From Malacoraja senta (Eukaryota), in NCBI GenBank assembly GCA_038087875.1, contig JAXLNO010000686.1, forward strand, positions 1-64,000: a stretch of 64,000 nt of DNA, in the 5' to 3' direction. Below, in pieces: positions 1 to 12,351 of the stretch (its first letter is position 1; the number at the start of each line of letters is the position of its first letter). The notes beneath the pieces were generated by a model. That model was not told the origin of the DNA and searched no databases. It saw only the letters and a list, made by a program, of their open reading frames with translations. A program made the translations under genes and the position numbers.

Positions 1-616
1 CCAGGGATCCCCAGCGAGGAGATGGCTTGGGCCCTGCGGCGGGGGGAGGCGAGGGGAGCGGAGGCCACGCTGCAGGCGGCGTCTGGTGTTGGGGTTACCA
101 GCCACTGGGTTCAGATTCAGCCACTCCCACCCGGCGACGGGAGAACGGTCTCCTGGTCACCTGGCTGGCAGACACCGCACCCTCCCCTCCCTCCCCTACC
201 TCCCTCGGGCCCGGGAAATGGGTTACTAAAGTATCCCGCGGGCCAGATTAGACCCTCTCACAGACTCCCCCTCCTGCAACGCAATATTCCACTACTTACC
301 TGGAGTAGACAGAGGGCATCGAGCTGAATGGGTGCAGTACAAATGGTAGTCTGATCCCGCCGGGCCCACTGCACACACGCGGAGAGACAGCGTTATTTTG
401 CGTCCCTTCCCCAGCTGCGCGGGCGTGGATGGTCGCATTTTTTTCTCCCAAATCATCTAGTGGCCGGAACCAGAATTTCAGGTGATTTCCGACAAAGTGG
501 AAAGCTGATTGCGTTCCGATTTAAAAAAAAAAAGTTCTTGGGGATTTTTTTCTTACTCCGGGGGAAAAAAGGGGAGTGAGGTCACACCCAACGCACCCCC
601 CCTTCGGACGGCCATG
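1..616. mobile_element. Possible end of a non-autonomous hAT-like DNA element with GC-rich interior
   Basis: Ends in CGCACCCCCCCTTCGGACGGCCATG; the reverse complement CATGGCCGTCCGAAGGGGGGG is a hAT-style terminus. The partner end is not in the window. Confidence 0.3.
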
Positions 617-849
617 TTTCTTGTTGCGTGCTATCCAGTCAGCGGGAAGACTGTACATAATTACAATCCAGCCGTCCACAGTGTACAGATACAGGCTAAT
701 GGGAATAACGTTTAGTGCAAGATAATGTCCAGTAAACTCAACTAGTCATCTTGTAAATCTTCATTACATTTGTCTTACAATGTCTCTGTCTCTCTCTCTC
801 CCTCTCCCCTCTCTCCATCTCCCCCTCCCTCTCTCTCTCTCTCTCTCTC

Positions 850-1085
850 ACCCGGTGTCCGGGTCCGGGGCGGGTCATTGCGCTAGGCGGTTGCTTCACG
901 CCCACGTCACCCGGTCACTCACCGCCAACCCCGCCCCCTGGGGTTGTCGCTTGGAGCGGAGTGGTCGGGGATGTTGAAGGCCGGGCCGGGCCATCTCCCC
1001 AGCGATAGACATCACCGTCTCGCTCGCTCGCTCGGGGACTGATGGTGGCGCAGCGGCTGCCGTGGTGGACGAGGAGTAATGTCAG
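850..1085. promoter_or_regulatory. CpG-rich promoter/first-exon-like segment
   Basis: High CpG density, GC box (CCCCGCCCC near 929), half-CRE CACGTCAC near 903, minus-strand donor GTGAGT at 922-917. Lies about 2.2 kb upstream of the zinc-finger exon. Confidence 0.4.
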
Positions 1086-1378
1086 GGGTTCATTTCCCCT
1101 CAACCCCCTCAACCACTCCCCGCTCACCCCTCACCCACTCACCCCTCACCCCACCTGGCACCTCCCCTCCATTCCCCTCCCTCCCTCACCCCCCCTCACC
1201 CCTCCCCCACCTTCCCTCCTCTAGCCTGCCCCCCTCTCGCTTCCACCTTCCCCCCTCAGGGAGAACCGGACCCGCTTCACGGGGGAGGAGGAGTGGGCGG
1301 GTAGAGGTATGGGAGGAGGAGGGAGAGGGAGGGGAGGGAGGGGAGGGGAGAGGGAAGTGGAGTGGAGATGGGGGGAAT

Positions 1379-2257
1379 CCATTGAAGAGTGGGCTGAAAG
1401 ATGGCAGATGGAATTTAATGCTGATAAATGTGAGGTACTACATCTCGGCAGGACAAATCAAAATAGGACGTACATGGTAAATGGTTAGCGAATTGAGGAA
1501 TGCAGTGAACAGAGGGATCTAGGAATAACTGTACATAGTTCCCTGAAGGTGGAATCTCATGTAGATAGGGTGGTAAAGAAAGCTTTTGGTGTGCTGGCCT
1601 TTATAAATCAGAGCATTGAATATAGAAGTTGGGATGTAATGTTAAAATTGAACAAGGCATTGGTGAGGCCAATTCTGGAGTATGGAGTACAATTTTGGTT
1701 GCCTAATTATAGGAAGGATGTCAACAAAATAGAGAGAGTACAGAGGAGATTTACTAGAATGTTGCCTGGTTTCAGCAACTAAGTTACAGAGAAAGTTTGA
1801 ACAAGTTAGGTCTTTATTCTTTGGAGCGCAGAAGGTTAAGAGGGGACTTGATAGAGGTCTTTAAAATTATGAGCGGGTTAGACAGAGTGGACGTGGATAA
1901 GCTTTTTCCATTGAGAGTAGGTAAGATTCAAACAAGGGGACATGACTTGAGAATTAAGGGACAGAAGTTTAGGGGTAACATTAGGGGGAACTTCTTTACT
2001 CAGAGAGTGGTAGCTGTGTGGAATGAGCTACCAGTGGAGTGGTGGAGGCAGGTTTGATTTTATCCTTTAAAAATAGATTGGATGGGTATATGAACGGGAA
2101 AGGAATGGAGGGTTATGGTCTGAGTGCAGGTAGATGGGACTAGGGGGAAGTATTTGTTTAAAAAATAATTTTTTTTTTTTAATGTTCGGCACGGACTTGA
2201 AGGGCCGAGATGGCCTGTTTCCGTGCTGTGATGGTTATATGGTTATATGGTTATATG
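1379..2257 (+). mobile_element. CR1 LINE family B, 3' fragment
   Basis: ORFs 1549-2057 give the CR1 ORF2 C-terminus ([30 protein letters not shown]); (GGTTATAT)n tail; matches 47320-48300. Confidence 0.93.
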
Positions 2258-2436
2258 GAATGGAGGGGAGGAGGGAGAGTGGAATGGAGGAGGGGGAGGG
2301 AGGATGGGGAGGGGAGGAGAGGTAGAGAGGGAGCAGTGGGGGAGTAAAGGAGGAGTGGGATGGGAAGGAGGGAAGAGAGAGGGAGGAGGAGGGGAGGGAG
2401 GGGAGGGTCAGGCAGCATCTGTTGTGAAGATAGACA

Positions 2437-2712
2437 CAACTGCTTCTTAAACTATTTCAGTGTCATTCACCCTTATTACAACATTTCATTCACCCTCAAC
2501 TACATTTTCCTATGTTTTTGGTAATTTTCAACTTATTCTTCCCTCGTGTATAATATCTGAATAAGTTGAAAATTACCCAAAAAACATAAGAAAATGTAGT
2601 GGAGTGTGAATGAAATAAGTCATTCACCGTTCATTCACCCCTGTAGTTTCATTCATACCAAAACAATTTCATTCACCCTTGGGTGAACCATTCACCAGTT
2701 TAAGAAGCATTG
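2437..2712. mobile_element. MITE, hAT-like
   Basis: Terminal inverted repeats TGCTTCTTAAACT / AGTTTAAGAAGCA with many internal CATTCACC motifs; no clear TSD. Confidence 0.6.
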
Positions 2713-2714
2713 GA

Positions 2715-2990
2715 CTAGAGGGCTGTGGGCTACAGGGAGAGGTTGAGTAGGCTGGGCCATTAATCCTTGGAGCGCAGGAGGATGAGGGGTGATCTTATAG
2801 AGGTGTATAAATTCATGAGGGAATAGATCGGGTAGACATACAAAGTCTCTTGCCCAGAGTGGGAATCGAGGATCAGAGGACATAGATTCAAGGTGAGGGG
2901 AAAAGGTTTAATAGGAATTTGAGGGGCAACTTTTTCACACAAAGATGGTGGGTGTATGGAACAAGCTGCCATGGTTGAGGCTTGGACTAT
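2715..2990 (+). mobile_element. CR1 3' fragment
   Basis: GAGGATGAGGGGTGATCTTATAGAGG and TTTTTCACACAAAGATGGTG motifs of the CR1 ORF2 end. Confidence 0.75.
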
Positions 2991-2994
2991 GTTG

Positions 2995-3135
2995 GAGGAA
3001 CTGGAGCACCCGCAGTAAAAACCCACGCAGGTCAAGGGGAGAATGAACAAACTCCGCACAGACATCACCCGTAGTCAGGATCGAACCCTGTCTGTGGCGG
3101 TGAGGCAGCAGCTATACCGCTGCACCACTGTGCCG
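2995..3135 (-). mobile_element. HE1-type tRNA-derived SINE, 5' part
   Basis: Minus strand has a tRNA-like head with A box (GGTGCAGCGGTA) and B box (GGTTCGATCC); similar to 16246-16645. Confidence 0.75.
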
Positions 3136-3237
3136 TGCAGAATTATAAAATGGTTTCCTCAGCCATAAATGCAGCCAATATGTGCTAGTAATGTCCTGTT
3201 TGCCAGCTTGTTGACCCTCTGTGTTCTCCTCCTGCAG

Positions 3238-3415
3238 GGTTTAGGAGCCGTTGCTCTGGACGGAGAGACGGGGACATGAGCCACCATTGAGGGTGGCCAG
3301 GGTGCCGGTGAGCCCCCCCATCTGCTCGGTGTGCGGGCTGAGCTTCGATGGAGGATCACATGACGGGCACAACAAGGATAAGCGTTATGAGTGCGACGTG
3401 TGTGGCACGGCCTGA
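3238..3415 (+). pseudogene. Disrupted C2H2 zinc-finger gene exon
   Basis: Acceptor TTCTCCTCCTGCAG ends at 3237. Encodes CSVCGLSF, then ATG at 3348 (MEDHMTG), then after a 1-bp frameshift HNKDKRYECDVCGTA-stop (3413-3415). Truncated within the finger. Confidence 0.7.
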
Positions 3416-3599
3416 TGACTAGAGGTCAGTACGACAGGCCTGTCTTTAAGACCAGCAATCCTTGTCTTATTGGGTATAGGGACAATAGTGGGGACTTTGA
3501 TGCATGCAGGGACAGTACAGATTTACAGGGACTGGTTGTAAATCTGTACAGATTGAACAACTAAGAGATGAGAAAATGCACCATCAGTGCTCTATTGAA

Positions 3600-6500
3600 G
3601 TACGAATATAGATAAGTTACCCATCTTGTGTTCGCTTCATCTGTAAAAATGAGCAAGCTATGAGGGCTGATTCCATGGCTACGAAGCTGCTAAGTAACAA
3701 TGCTACAGATTTTTGGAAAGAAGTGAGAGCTCTTAACAGTTGCAAAACATCTCTACCATGCACTGTAGATGGAATCTCCGGAACAGCTAATATCGCGGAG
3801 TTATGGCGACAACATTATAGTACTTTATTCAACTGTGTCCAAGGTGACTTGTATAGGGTGGACAATATTGAGAGTAATGACTCAATGGTGATTATGTCAC
3901 ATGAGGTGTATCATGCCATGAACAAGCTGTCCAACAACAAAGCAAGTGGCTTGAATCATATTTCTGCTGAACATCTTAAGTATGCGAGTATGAGGATAGC
4001 TCCTCTCCTTGCTATTTGTTTTACTGGCTTTATGATTCATGGCTTGTTACCAGACTCAATGTTGTCTGTTCTGTTAGTGCCGGTCATTAAGGACAAAGCT
4101 GGTAAAGGAGGCAGCCTAAATAATTACAGGCCCATAGCTTGAGCCAGCATATTGTCAAAAGTTTTAGAAAGAGTTCTGCTGGATAGAATAAATGAGTTTG
4201 TTAACTCCACAGATAACCAGTTTGGGTTTAAAGCTAAACATGGCACTGACTTATGCATATATGCCCTAAAGGAGATTGTAAACAAATATAGAGGCAACAA
4301 CTCTTCAATCCTTATGTGCTTTATTGATACTCCCAAAGCCTTTGATCGTGTTAATCACAGAAAGCAGTTTGTTAAAATGAGTCAAAGAGGGGTGCCTAAA
4401 TACATTGTGAGAATTCTGGCCTACTGGTATGCCCACCAGACTATGCAAATATAATGGGGCAATAGGGTCTCAGCCCCATTTGGGGTTAGCAATGGTGTTA
4501 GACAAGGGGGAATTTTGTCCCAGTCCTTTTTAATCTTTATATTGACGATCTGTCCAAACGATTGAAAGCCTGTAATACTGGGTGCATGATTGGTAATATT
4601 TTAGTGAACCATATTATGTATGCAGATGATCTTGTGGTCTTTAGTCCATCTAGCGATGGTCTCCAGCAGCTCCTTATAATATGTTCTGTGTATGGTGTGG
4701 AACATGATATTAAATATAATGCTTGTTAGAGTGCTGTTATGATCTGTAGAACCAAAGAGGATAAATGTCTAAAATTTCCTGATTTTAAATTGTCTGACAA
4801 TAATCTTAGTGTCTGTAATAAGGTAAAATATCTAGGGCATTTTATTACAGAACAAATGACAGATGATGAGGATATTTATAGGCAACAACGCATGCTGTAT
4901 ATACAGGCGAATATTCTCTTGCGTAAGTTTGGTGCGTGTACAGATGTGGTGAAGATGTCGCTATTTAGAGCATATTGCACACCACTCTATACTGCGCACC
5001 TGTGGTCGAACTATGGAAAGACAAGTTTGCAGAGACTAAAGGTGTCATATAATGATGCCAGGAGAACACTACTAAGGAAACCTAGATGGTGTAATGTTAG
5101 TAACATGTTTGTGGCTGCAGGAGTCAGTCATTTAGAAGCTATCCTAAGAAATCATATGTATAAATTCATTTGCAGGATAAATGACTCTAAAAATGTAATT
5201 ATTGTGGCCTTGTCAAACATAAGGTTTTGCACTACACGCTACGAATCCCAGTTGTGGAGACACTGGTATCGCTGTCTCATAGATACATAGAAACATAGAA
5301 AATAGGTGCAGGAGTAGCCCATTCGGCCCTTCGAGCCTGCACCACCATTCAATATGATCATGGCTGATCATCCAACTCAGTATCCTGTACCTGCCTTCTC
5401 TCCATACCCCCTGATCCCTTTAGCCACAAGGGCCACACCTAACCCTCTTAAATATAGCCAATGAACTGGCCTCAACTACCCTCTGTGGCAGAGAGTTCCA
5501 GAGATTCACCACTCTCTGTGTGAAAAAGTTTTTCCTCATCTCGGTCCTAAAGGATTTCCCCCTTATCCTTAAGCTGTGACCCCTTGTCCTGGACTTCCCC
5601 AACATCGGGAACAATCTTCCTGCATCTAGCCTGTCCAACCCCATAAGAATTTTGTACGTTTCTATAAGATCCCCTCTCAATCTCCTAAATTCTAGCGAGT
5701 ATAAGCCAAGTCTATCCAGTCTTTCTTCATATGAAAGTCCTGACATCCCAGGAATCAGTCTGGTGAACCTTCTCTGCACTCCCTCTATGGCTATAATGTC
5801 CTTCCTCAGATTTGGAGACCAAAACTGTACGCAATACTCCAGGTGTGGTCTCACCAAGACCCTGTACAACTGCAGTAGAACCTCCCTGCTCCTATACTCA
5901 AATCCTCTTGCTATGAAGGCCAACATACCATTCGCTTTCTTCACTGCCTGCTACACCTGCATGCCTACTTTCAATGACTGGTGTACCATGACACCCAGGT
6001 CTCGCTGCATCTCCCCATTTCCTAATCGGCCACCATTTAGATAATAGTCTGCCTTCCCGTTTTTGCCACCAAAGTGGATAACCTCACATTGATCCACATT
6101 ATACTGCATCTGCCAAACATTTGCCCACTCACCCAGCCTATCCAAGTCACCTTGCAGTCTCCTAGCATCCTCCTCACAGCTAACACTGCCCCCCAGCTTA
6201 GTGTCATCCGCAAACTTGGAGATGTTGCTTTCAATTCCCTCGTCCAGATCATTAATATAAATTGTAAATAGCTGGGGTCCCAGCACTGAGCCTTGCGGTA
6301 CCCCACTAGTCACTGCCTGCCATTGTGAAAAGGACCCGTTTACTCCTACTCTTTGATCCTGTTTGCCAGCCAGTTCTCTATCCACATCAATACTGAACCC
6401 CCAATACCGTGTGATTTAAGTTTGTATCCTAATCTCTTATGTGGTACCTTGTCGAAAGCCTTCTGAAAGTCCAGATACAACACATCCACTGGTTCTCCCC

Positions 6501-8683
6501 TATCCACTCTACTCGTTACATCCTCGAAAAATTCTATAAGATTCGTCAGACACGATTTACCTTTCGTAAATCCATGCTGAATTTGTCCAATGATTTCACC
6601 ACTTTCCAAATGTGCTGCTATCCCATCTTTAATAACTGACTCTAGCAGTTTCCCCACTACGGATGTTAGACTAACTGGTCTGTAATTCCCCATTTTCTCT
6701 CTCCCTCCCTTCTTAAAAAGTGGGGTTACGTTTGCTACCCTCAAATCCTCAGGAACTACTCCAGAATCTAAGGAGTTTTGAAAAATTATCACTAATGCAT
6801 CCACTATTTCTGGAGCTACTTCCTTAAGTACTCTGAGATGCAGCCTATCTGGCCCTGGTGATTTATCGGCCTTTAATCCATTCAATTTACCCAACACCAC
6901 TTCCCGACTAACCTGGATTTCACTCAGTTCCTCCATCTCCTTTGACCCGCGGCCCCCTGCTATTTCCGGCAGATTATTTATGTCTTCCTTAGTGAAGACG
7001 GAACCAAAGTAGTTATTCAATTGGTCCGCCATATCCTTGTTCCCCATGATCAATTCACCTGTTTCTGACTGCAAGGGACCTACATTTGTTTTAACTAATC
7101 TCTTTCTCTTCACATATCTATAAAAACTTTTGCAGTCAGTTTTTATGTTCCCTGCCAGTTTCCTTTCATAATCTATTTTCCCTTTCCTAATTAAGCCCTT
7201 TGTCCTCCTCTGCTGGTCTCTGAATTTCTCCCAGTCCTCTGGTATGCTGCTTTTTCTGGCTAATTTGTATGCATCATCTTTTGCTTTGATACTATCCCTG
7301 ATTTCCCTTGTTATCCACGGATGCACTACCTTCCCTGATTTATTCTTTTGCCAAACTGGGATGAACAATTTTTGCAGTTCATCCATGCAGTCTTTAAATG
7401 CCTTCCATTGCATATCCACCGTCAACCCTTTTAGAACTAATTGCCAGTCAATCTTGGCCAATTCACGTCTCATACCCTCAAAGTTACCTTTCTTTAAGTT
7501 CAGAACCGTTGTTTCTGAATTAACAATGTCACTCTCCATCCTAATGAAGAACTCAACCATATTGTGGTCACTCTTTCCCAAGGGGGCACGCACAACAAGA
7601 CTGCTAACTAACCCTTCCTCATTACTCAATACCCAGTCTAGAATAGCCTGCTCTCTCGTTGGTTCCTCTACATGTTGGTTTAGATAACTATCCCTCATAC
7701 ATTCCAAGAAATCCTCTTCCTCAGCACCCCTGCCAATTTGATTCACCCAATCTATATGTAGATTGAAGTCACCCATTATAACTGTTTTGCCTTTGTTGCA
7801 CGCATTTCTAATTTCCTGTTTGATGCCATCCCCAACTTCACTACTACTGCTAGGTGGCCTGTACACAACACCCACCAGCGTTTTCTGCCCCTTAGTGTTT
7901 CGCAGCTCTACCCATACCGATTCCACATCCTCCAAGCTAATGTCCTTCCTTTCCACTGTGTTAATCTCCTCTCTAACCAGCAACGCTACCCCACCTCCTT
8001 TTCCTTTCTCTCTATCCCTCCTGAATATTGAATATCCCTGGATGTTCAGCTCCCAGCCTTGGTCACCCTGGAGCCATGTCTCCGTGATCCCAACTATATC
8101 ATAATCATTAATTGCTATCTGCACGTTCAACTCATCCACCTTATTACGAATGCTCCTTGCATTGAGACACAAAGCCTTCAGGCTTGTTTTTACAACGCTC
8201 TTACCCCTTATACAATTATGTTGAAAAGTGGCTCTTTTTGATTTTTGCCCTGGATTTGTTGCCTGCCACTTTTACTTTTCACCTTGCTACCTATTGCTTC
8301 CGCCCGCATTTTACACCCCTCTGTTTCTCTGCTCACCCATTTAAGAACCCCACCACCTCTTATTCTCTGTTTATTATTGTTTTCTTCTTTCCCCCCTACA
8401 TGTTGGGTCTGAGTGCTTTCCTTCTCTGCCTCCTGCCTCACACACTGTCTAATAGCATTCTCTCATTGCAGGACATTGATCATTCTTTTATTCTGGATTT
8501 TAATTCATGTATTGTGTTTTTTTTCTTAATATATAATTTATGATGCTTTTATAAGTGATATACTAAGATTTTATATGTACCTTATGATATTTTTTAATAT
8601 GCAATGCATTTTTATGTAATGTTGCCCCTTGTCTGGACCTTGAGTCTGAAATAAAGTTTATTATTATTATTATTATTATTATT
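3600..8683 (+). mobile_element. RTEX-like non-LTR retrotransposon, degenerate, interrupted by CR1 at 5281-8460
   Basis: ORFs 3660-5290 carry RT motifs NYRPIA, NQFGFK, KAFDRV, YADD (about 4618-4630) and LFRAYCTPLY, with stops and frameshifts. The 3' UTR resumes at 8461 and ends in AATAAA plus (ATT)n. Clade assignment is from motif recognition. Confidence 0.8.
5281..8460 (-). mobile_element. CR1 LINE, 5'-truncated; family A ORF2 (APE + RT) with a family-B 5' tip
   Basis: ORFs 8172-6346, 6385-5951 and 5944-5420 are near-identical to 42545-45634; (CTATGTTT)n-type tail; TCTCAT duplicated at 5275-5280 and 8461-8466. Confidence 0.95.
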
Positions 8684-9270
8684 GTGTGTAATTAATTATT
8701 ATGTAGTTTAGTGTCATTCTGTGCAACATGGACCAATGGATTGACTGATCACCTTCTCAGATTTCCCTGAAAATCAGTGCCTGTATATCAGAGCACACAA
8801 GTAACACAACAGAAAACAAGGTCTCAACTCCAAATTCCAATGGGCCTTTGGCAATTTTTCCAGCTATATAAATGGTTCATGACTTCGAAGGAACTTTGAG
8901 TTGAAAGTAGATTTTTCTGCTGTGGTCTTTGTACCAGAGGTGTGCAAAACATGATTGTCAATCAAATCTTACATGGTGACGAGCCAACCTTCTTACTTGC
9001 TGTTATTTGGTACAGAATCAAATCATCCAATACCAAGCAAGTCCAAGTACAAGTCTCCGATAAACCATCAATGTTTACTGAATTTTGGTCCTTGGAAATG
9101 GGATTTTTGGACCTTGAAAGTCCTTGAATTTATAGCTGTTCCAAGTGTATGAACCCTGGTATGAGAAATAAATCACAATCAGAACCACACTTTATTTGCC
9201 AAGTATGTTTTGGAACAAAGGAGGAATTTTATTGGCCAGGTCAGTCACACAATTAAAAGTAACAGTTCAC

Positions 9271-9838
9271 ATTCTAAAATTTTGGAAGAAGGCTCCAATA
9301 CCAACTATAAATATGTGGATTTCAAATATGTTTGAAACACTACACCTTGAAGAGATAAGACTCCTCCTAGCAGGTAAACCAGATCACTTCCACCTGACGT
9401 GGTCTGCATTTATAGAATTATTACAAACATAGGGTGCAAAAGTACTTTAAAAAAATAAAAAATTGAGGTCGGGTAAGGGGGGATGATAGTTGAAGAGTTG
9501 GTATGTCCTATTTACGTGATGCTCAAAAAAAAAAACATTTGTTTTTCTTTTTTTCTCTCTCTCTTTTCTTTTCTTAGGGCCTATTTCTTAACTCCTTTTT
9601 TTTTTTGTCTTTAATTTCGCTTTCATAGGGTCCTCGTCCTTTTTTTTTTTTTTTTTGTTTGTTGTTACATTTTCTACACTTTTCTACACTTGCACTTTTT
9701 CCTTCACTTTCTTCTCTCTTTCAATCTTTTCTTTCTTTAGCGTAAAAAAAAAATAAAGGGAGTACATTAATTGTAAGAAGATATAAATGACGAGTATTAA
9801 TGTATGTGGCTGTGATGTAATGTACTTCTAATAAATAA

Positions 9839-9874
<36 letters not shown>
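9271..9874 (+). mobile_element. L1-clade LINE, 5'-truncated 3' end with poly(A) and TSD
   Basis: ORF2 C-terminus ILKFWKKAPIPTINMW...TWSAFIELLQT-stop; AATAAA and about 30 A; 16-bp TSD AAAAGTAACAGTTCAC (9255-9270, 9871-9886) at a TT/AAAA site. Confidence 0.9.
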
Positions 9875-9878
<4 letters not shown>

Positions 9879-10444
9879 CAGTTCACCCCAAAACACATTT
9901 AAACATGAACATCCACCGCAGTGACTCCTCCACATTCCTCACTGTGATGGAAGGCGAAATTAAGTTCAAGTCCTTCCCTTTGTTCTTCCTCGGTCGTGGG
10001 CCTCGAGCCTCGAGCCTCAGTAGACAGAACGATCTTGACACCCGTAGCCAGCGGCGTTCGGGCCCTCCGTGCCGAGGTGATCAAGCTCCCGCATCGGGGG
10101 GATGTCAGCTCGAGATGGAACCTCGTGTCGGGGCTGGTCCAACCTTCCACGACGTTGGAGCTCCCGACTAGCCTCTCCCGAGACTGCGAGATCTTGATGG
10201 TAAGTCTGCGGTGGGATGATCCCAGGCAAGGGATCAGCTCCGATGTTAATTCCACGCCCCGCGGTGGGGCTCACGTCAGTCCGAGGAGGCTTCCAGCTCC
10301 ATCGATGCAAGGCCGCAGAGCGCCGGGAGAATGCAATCCCAATATTGATCACATCTCCGGCAAGCTAAGAACCTGAAACAAGTTTCCCCGATCCCCTCCC
10401 CCCACATCAAACAAACCGAAGAACATTAAAACAAAACTTTTATA

Positions 10445-10908
10445 GGACTTTCATATGAAGAAAGACTGGATAGACTTGGCTTATACTCGCTAGAATTTAG
10501 GAGATTGAGAGGGGATCTTATAGAAACGTACAAGATTCTTATGGGGTTGGACAGGCTAGATGCAGGAAGATTGTTCCCGATGTTGGGGAAGTCCAGGACA
10601 AGGGGTCACAGCTTAAGGATAAGGGGAAAATCCTTTAAGACCGAGATGAGGAAAAACTTTTTCACACAGAGAGTGGTGAATCTCTGGAACTCTCTGCCAC
10701 GGAGGGTAGTTGAGGCCAGTTCATTGGCTATATTTAAGAGGGAGTTAGATGTGGCCCTTGTGGCTAAAGGGATCAGGGGGTATGGAGAGATGGCAGGTAC
10801 GGGATACTGAGTTGGATGATCAGCCATGATCGTATTGAATGGCGGTGCAGGCTCGAAGGGCTGAATGGCCTACTCCTGCACCTAATTTCTATGTATCTAT
10901 GTATCTAT
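10445..10908 (+). mobile_element. CR1 family A, 3' fragment
   Basis: ORF 10505-10810 matches the CR1-A C-terminus; (CTATGTAT)n tail. Confidence 0.93.
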
Positions 10909-10994
10909 GAACTAAAAAATAACAAAAAGAGTGAAAAGACGAAGAGACTGCCGGCAGGGCAGCTATTGCCCCCGCACCCCTGATGGTCTTGCTT

Positions 10995-11228
10995 GAGGCT
11001 CAGTTAGAAATTGGCAAGTATGATGTCATGGGAATTACAGACACGGCTGCAAGAGGGCCAGGGCTGGGAACGGAATATTCAGGGGTATACGTACGCTCGA
11101 AAAGACAGACAGACAGGTGGGTAGAGGGGTTGGGGTAGCTCTGTTGGTGAGGAATGAAATTCAGTCCCTTACGAGGGATGACATAGAATCAGGAGATGTG
11201 GAGTCAGTACGGATCGAACTGAGGACAG
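10995..11228 (+). mobile_element. CR1 endonuclease fragment
   Basis: Encodes GVGVALLVRNEI...VESVRIELR. Confidence 0.75.
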
Positions 11229-11502
11229 AACTGAGGCCCGGACCAGCGAAACTGCCGCCCGCAGCCGCCGACTCTCACCGCCTCCCCGGCCGTGGCCACT
11301 GTCGCCGCCCTTCACTGTCTCCGCCGATGCTGCTGCCCGTATCTCTACTCCAGCCCCCCCCCCACGGGCCTCCACCAGCGACTCCGCCGATCCTCCCTCG
11401 CCTCTCCACCGGCCACCAGCGGGCCAGAGCCGTCACCTCACCAGAGTTCCCGGCTCAGCACCAGGTCCACAACCTCCACCATGCAGGCAGCACATGGTCT
11501 GT

Positions 11503-12247
11503 CTCTGCTGGGTCCTTGTGCTCCCCCCCTCACCCCCCACCTACATGGAAAACCCATCAGTAGTGATGACTCTGTTGGGTCCTAGTGCTCCCCCCCCTCA
11601 CCCCCCACCTACAATAGTGATGACTCTGCTGGGTCCTAGTGCTCCCCCCCCTCACCCCCCACCTACAATAGTGATGACTCTGCTGGGTCCTAGTGCCCCC
11701 CCTCAACCCCCACCTACAGGGAAAACCCATCAGTAGTGAAGACTCTGCTGGGTCCTAGTGCTCCCCCCTCTCAACCCCCACCGACAGGGAAAACCCATCA
11801 GTAGTGATGACTCTGCTGGGTCCTAGTGCTCCCCCCTCTCAACCCCCACCTACAGTAGTGATGACTCTGCTGGGTCCTAGTGCTCCCCCCCCTCACCCCC
11901 CACCTACAATAGTGATGACTCTGCTGGGTCCTAGTGCTCCCCCCCCTCACCCCCCACCTACAATAGTGATGACTCTGCTGGGTCCTAGTGCCCCCCCCTC
12001 AACCCCCACCTACAGGGAAAACCCATCAGTAGTGAAGACTCTGCTGGGTCCTAGTGCTCCCCCCTCTCAACCCCCACCGACAGGGAAAACCCATCAGTAG
12101 TGATGACTCTGCTGGGTCCTAGTGCTCCCCCCTCTCAACCCCCACCTACAGTAGTGATGACTCTGCTGGGTCCTAGTGCTCCCCCTCACCCCCCCCTACA
12201 TGGAAAACCCATCAGTAGTGATGACTCTGCTGGGTCCTAGTGCTCCT
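11503..12247. repeat. Minisatellite, about 13 units of 54 bp and about 66 bp
   Basis: Core GTGATGACTCTGCTGGGTCCTAGTGCTCCCCCC...CCCCCACCTACA; long units add GGGAAAACCCATCAG. Confidence 0.95.
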
Positions 12248-12351
12248 GTCCTCCTACAGGGAGTGTAGTGATGGGTCTTCCCCATCCCCCTCTTATAATC
12301 AGGTTACCTCGATCACACAACCCGCCAGATAAAATTCCCCGCTTTATTATA

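Larger units (their letters stand above)
9172..10990 (-). mobile_element. GC-rich non-autonomous retroposon carrying nested L1 and CR1 fragments
   Basis: Minus strand: short GC head, T-rich tract, G-run, GC-rich body, tail CTTGGCAAATAAAG. Same layout as 31957-32911 and 61106-61938. Confidence 0.55.

Noticed and set aside
292..368. TACTTACCTGG resembling the U1 snRNA 5' end, and a possible 69-nt minus-strand exon (368-300)
   Set aside because: No U1 sequence follows; it is the complement of a donor CAG/GTAAGT. The exon has no recognisable product and appears to lie inside a DNA-element remnant.
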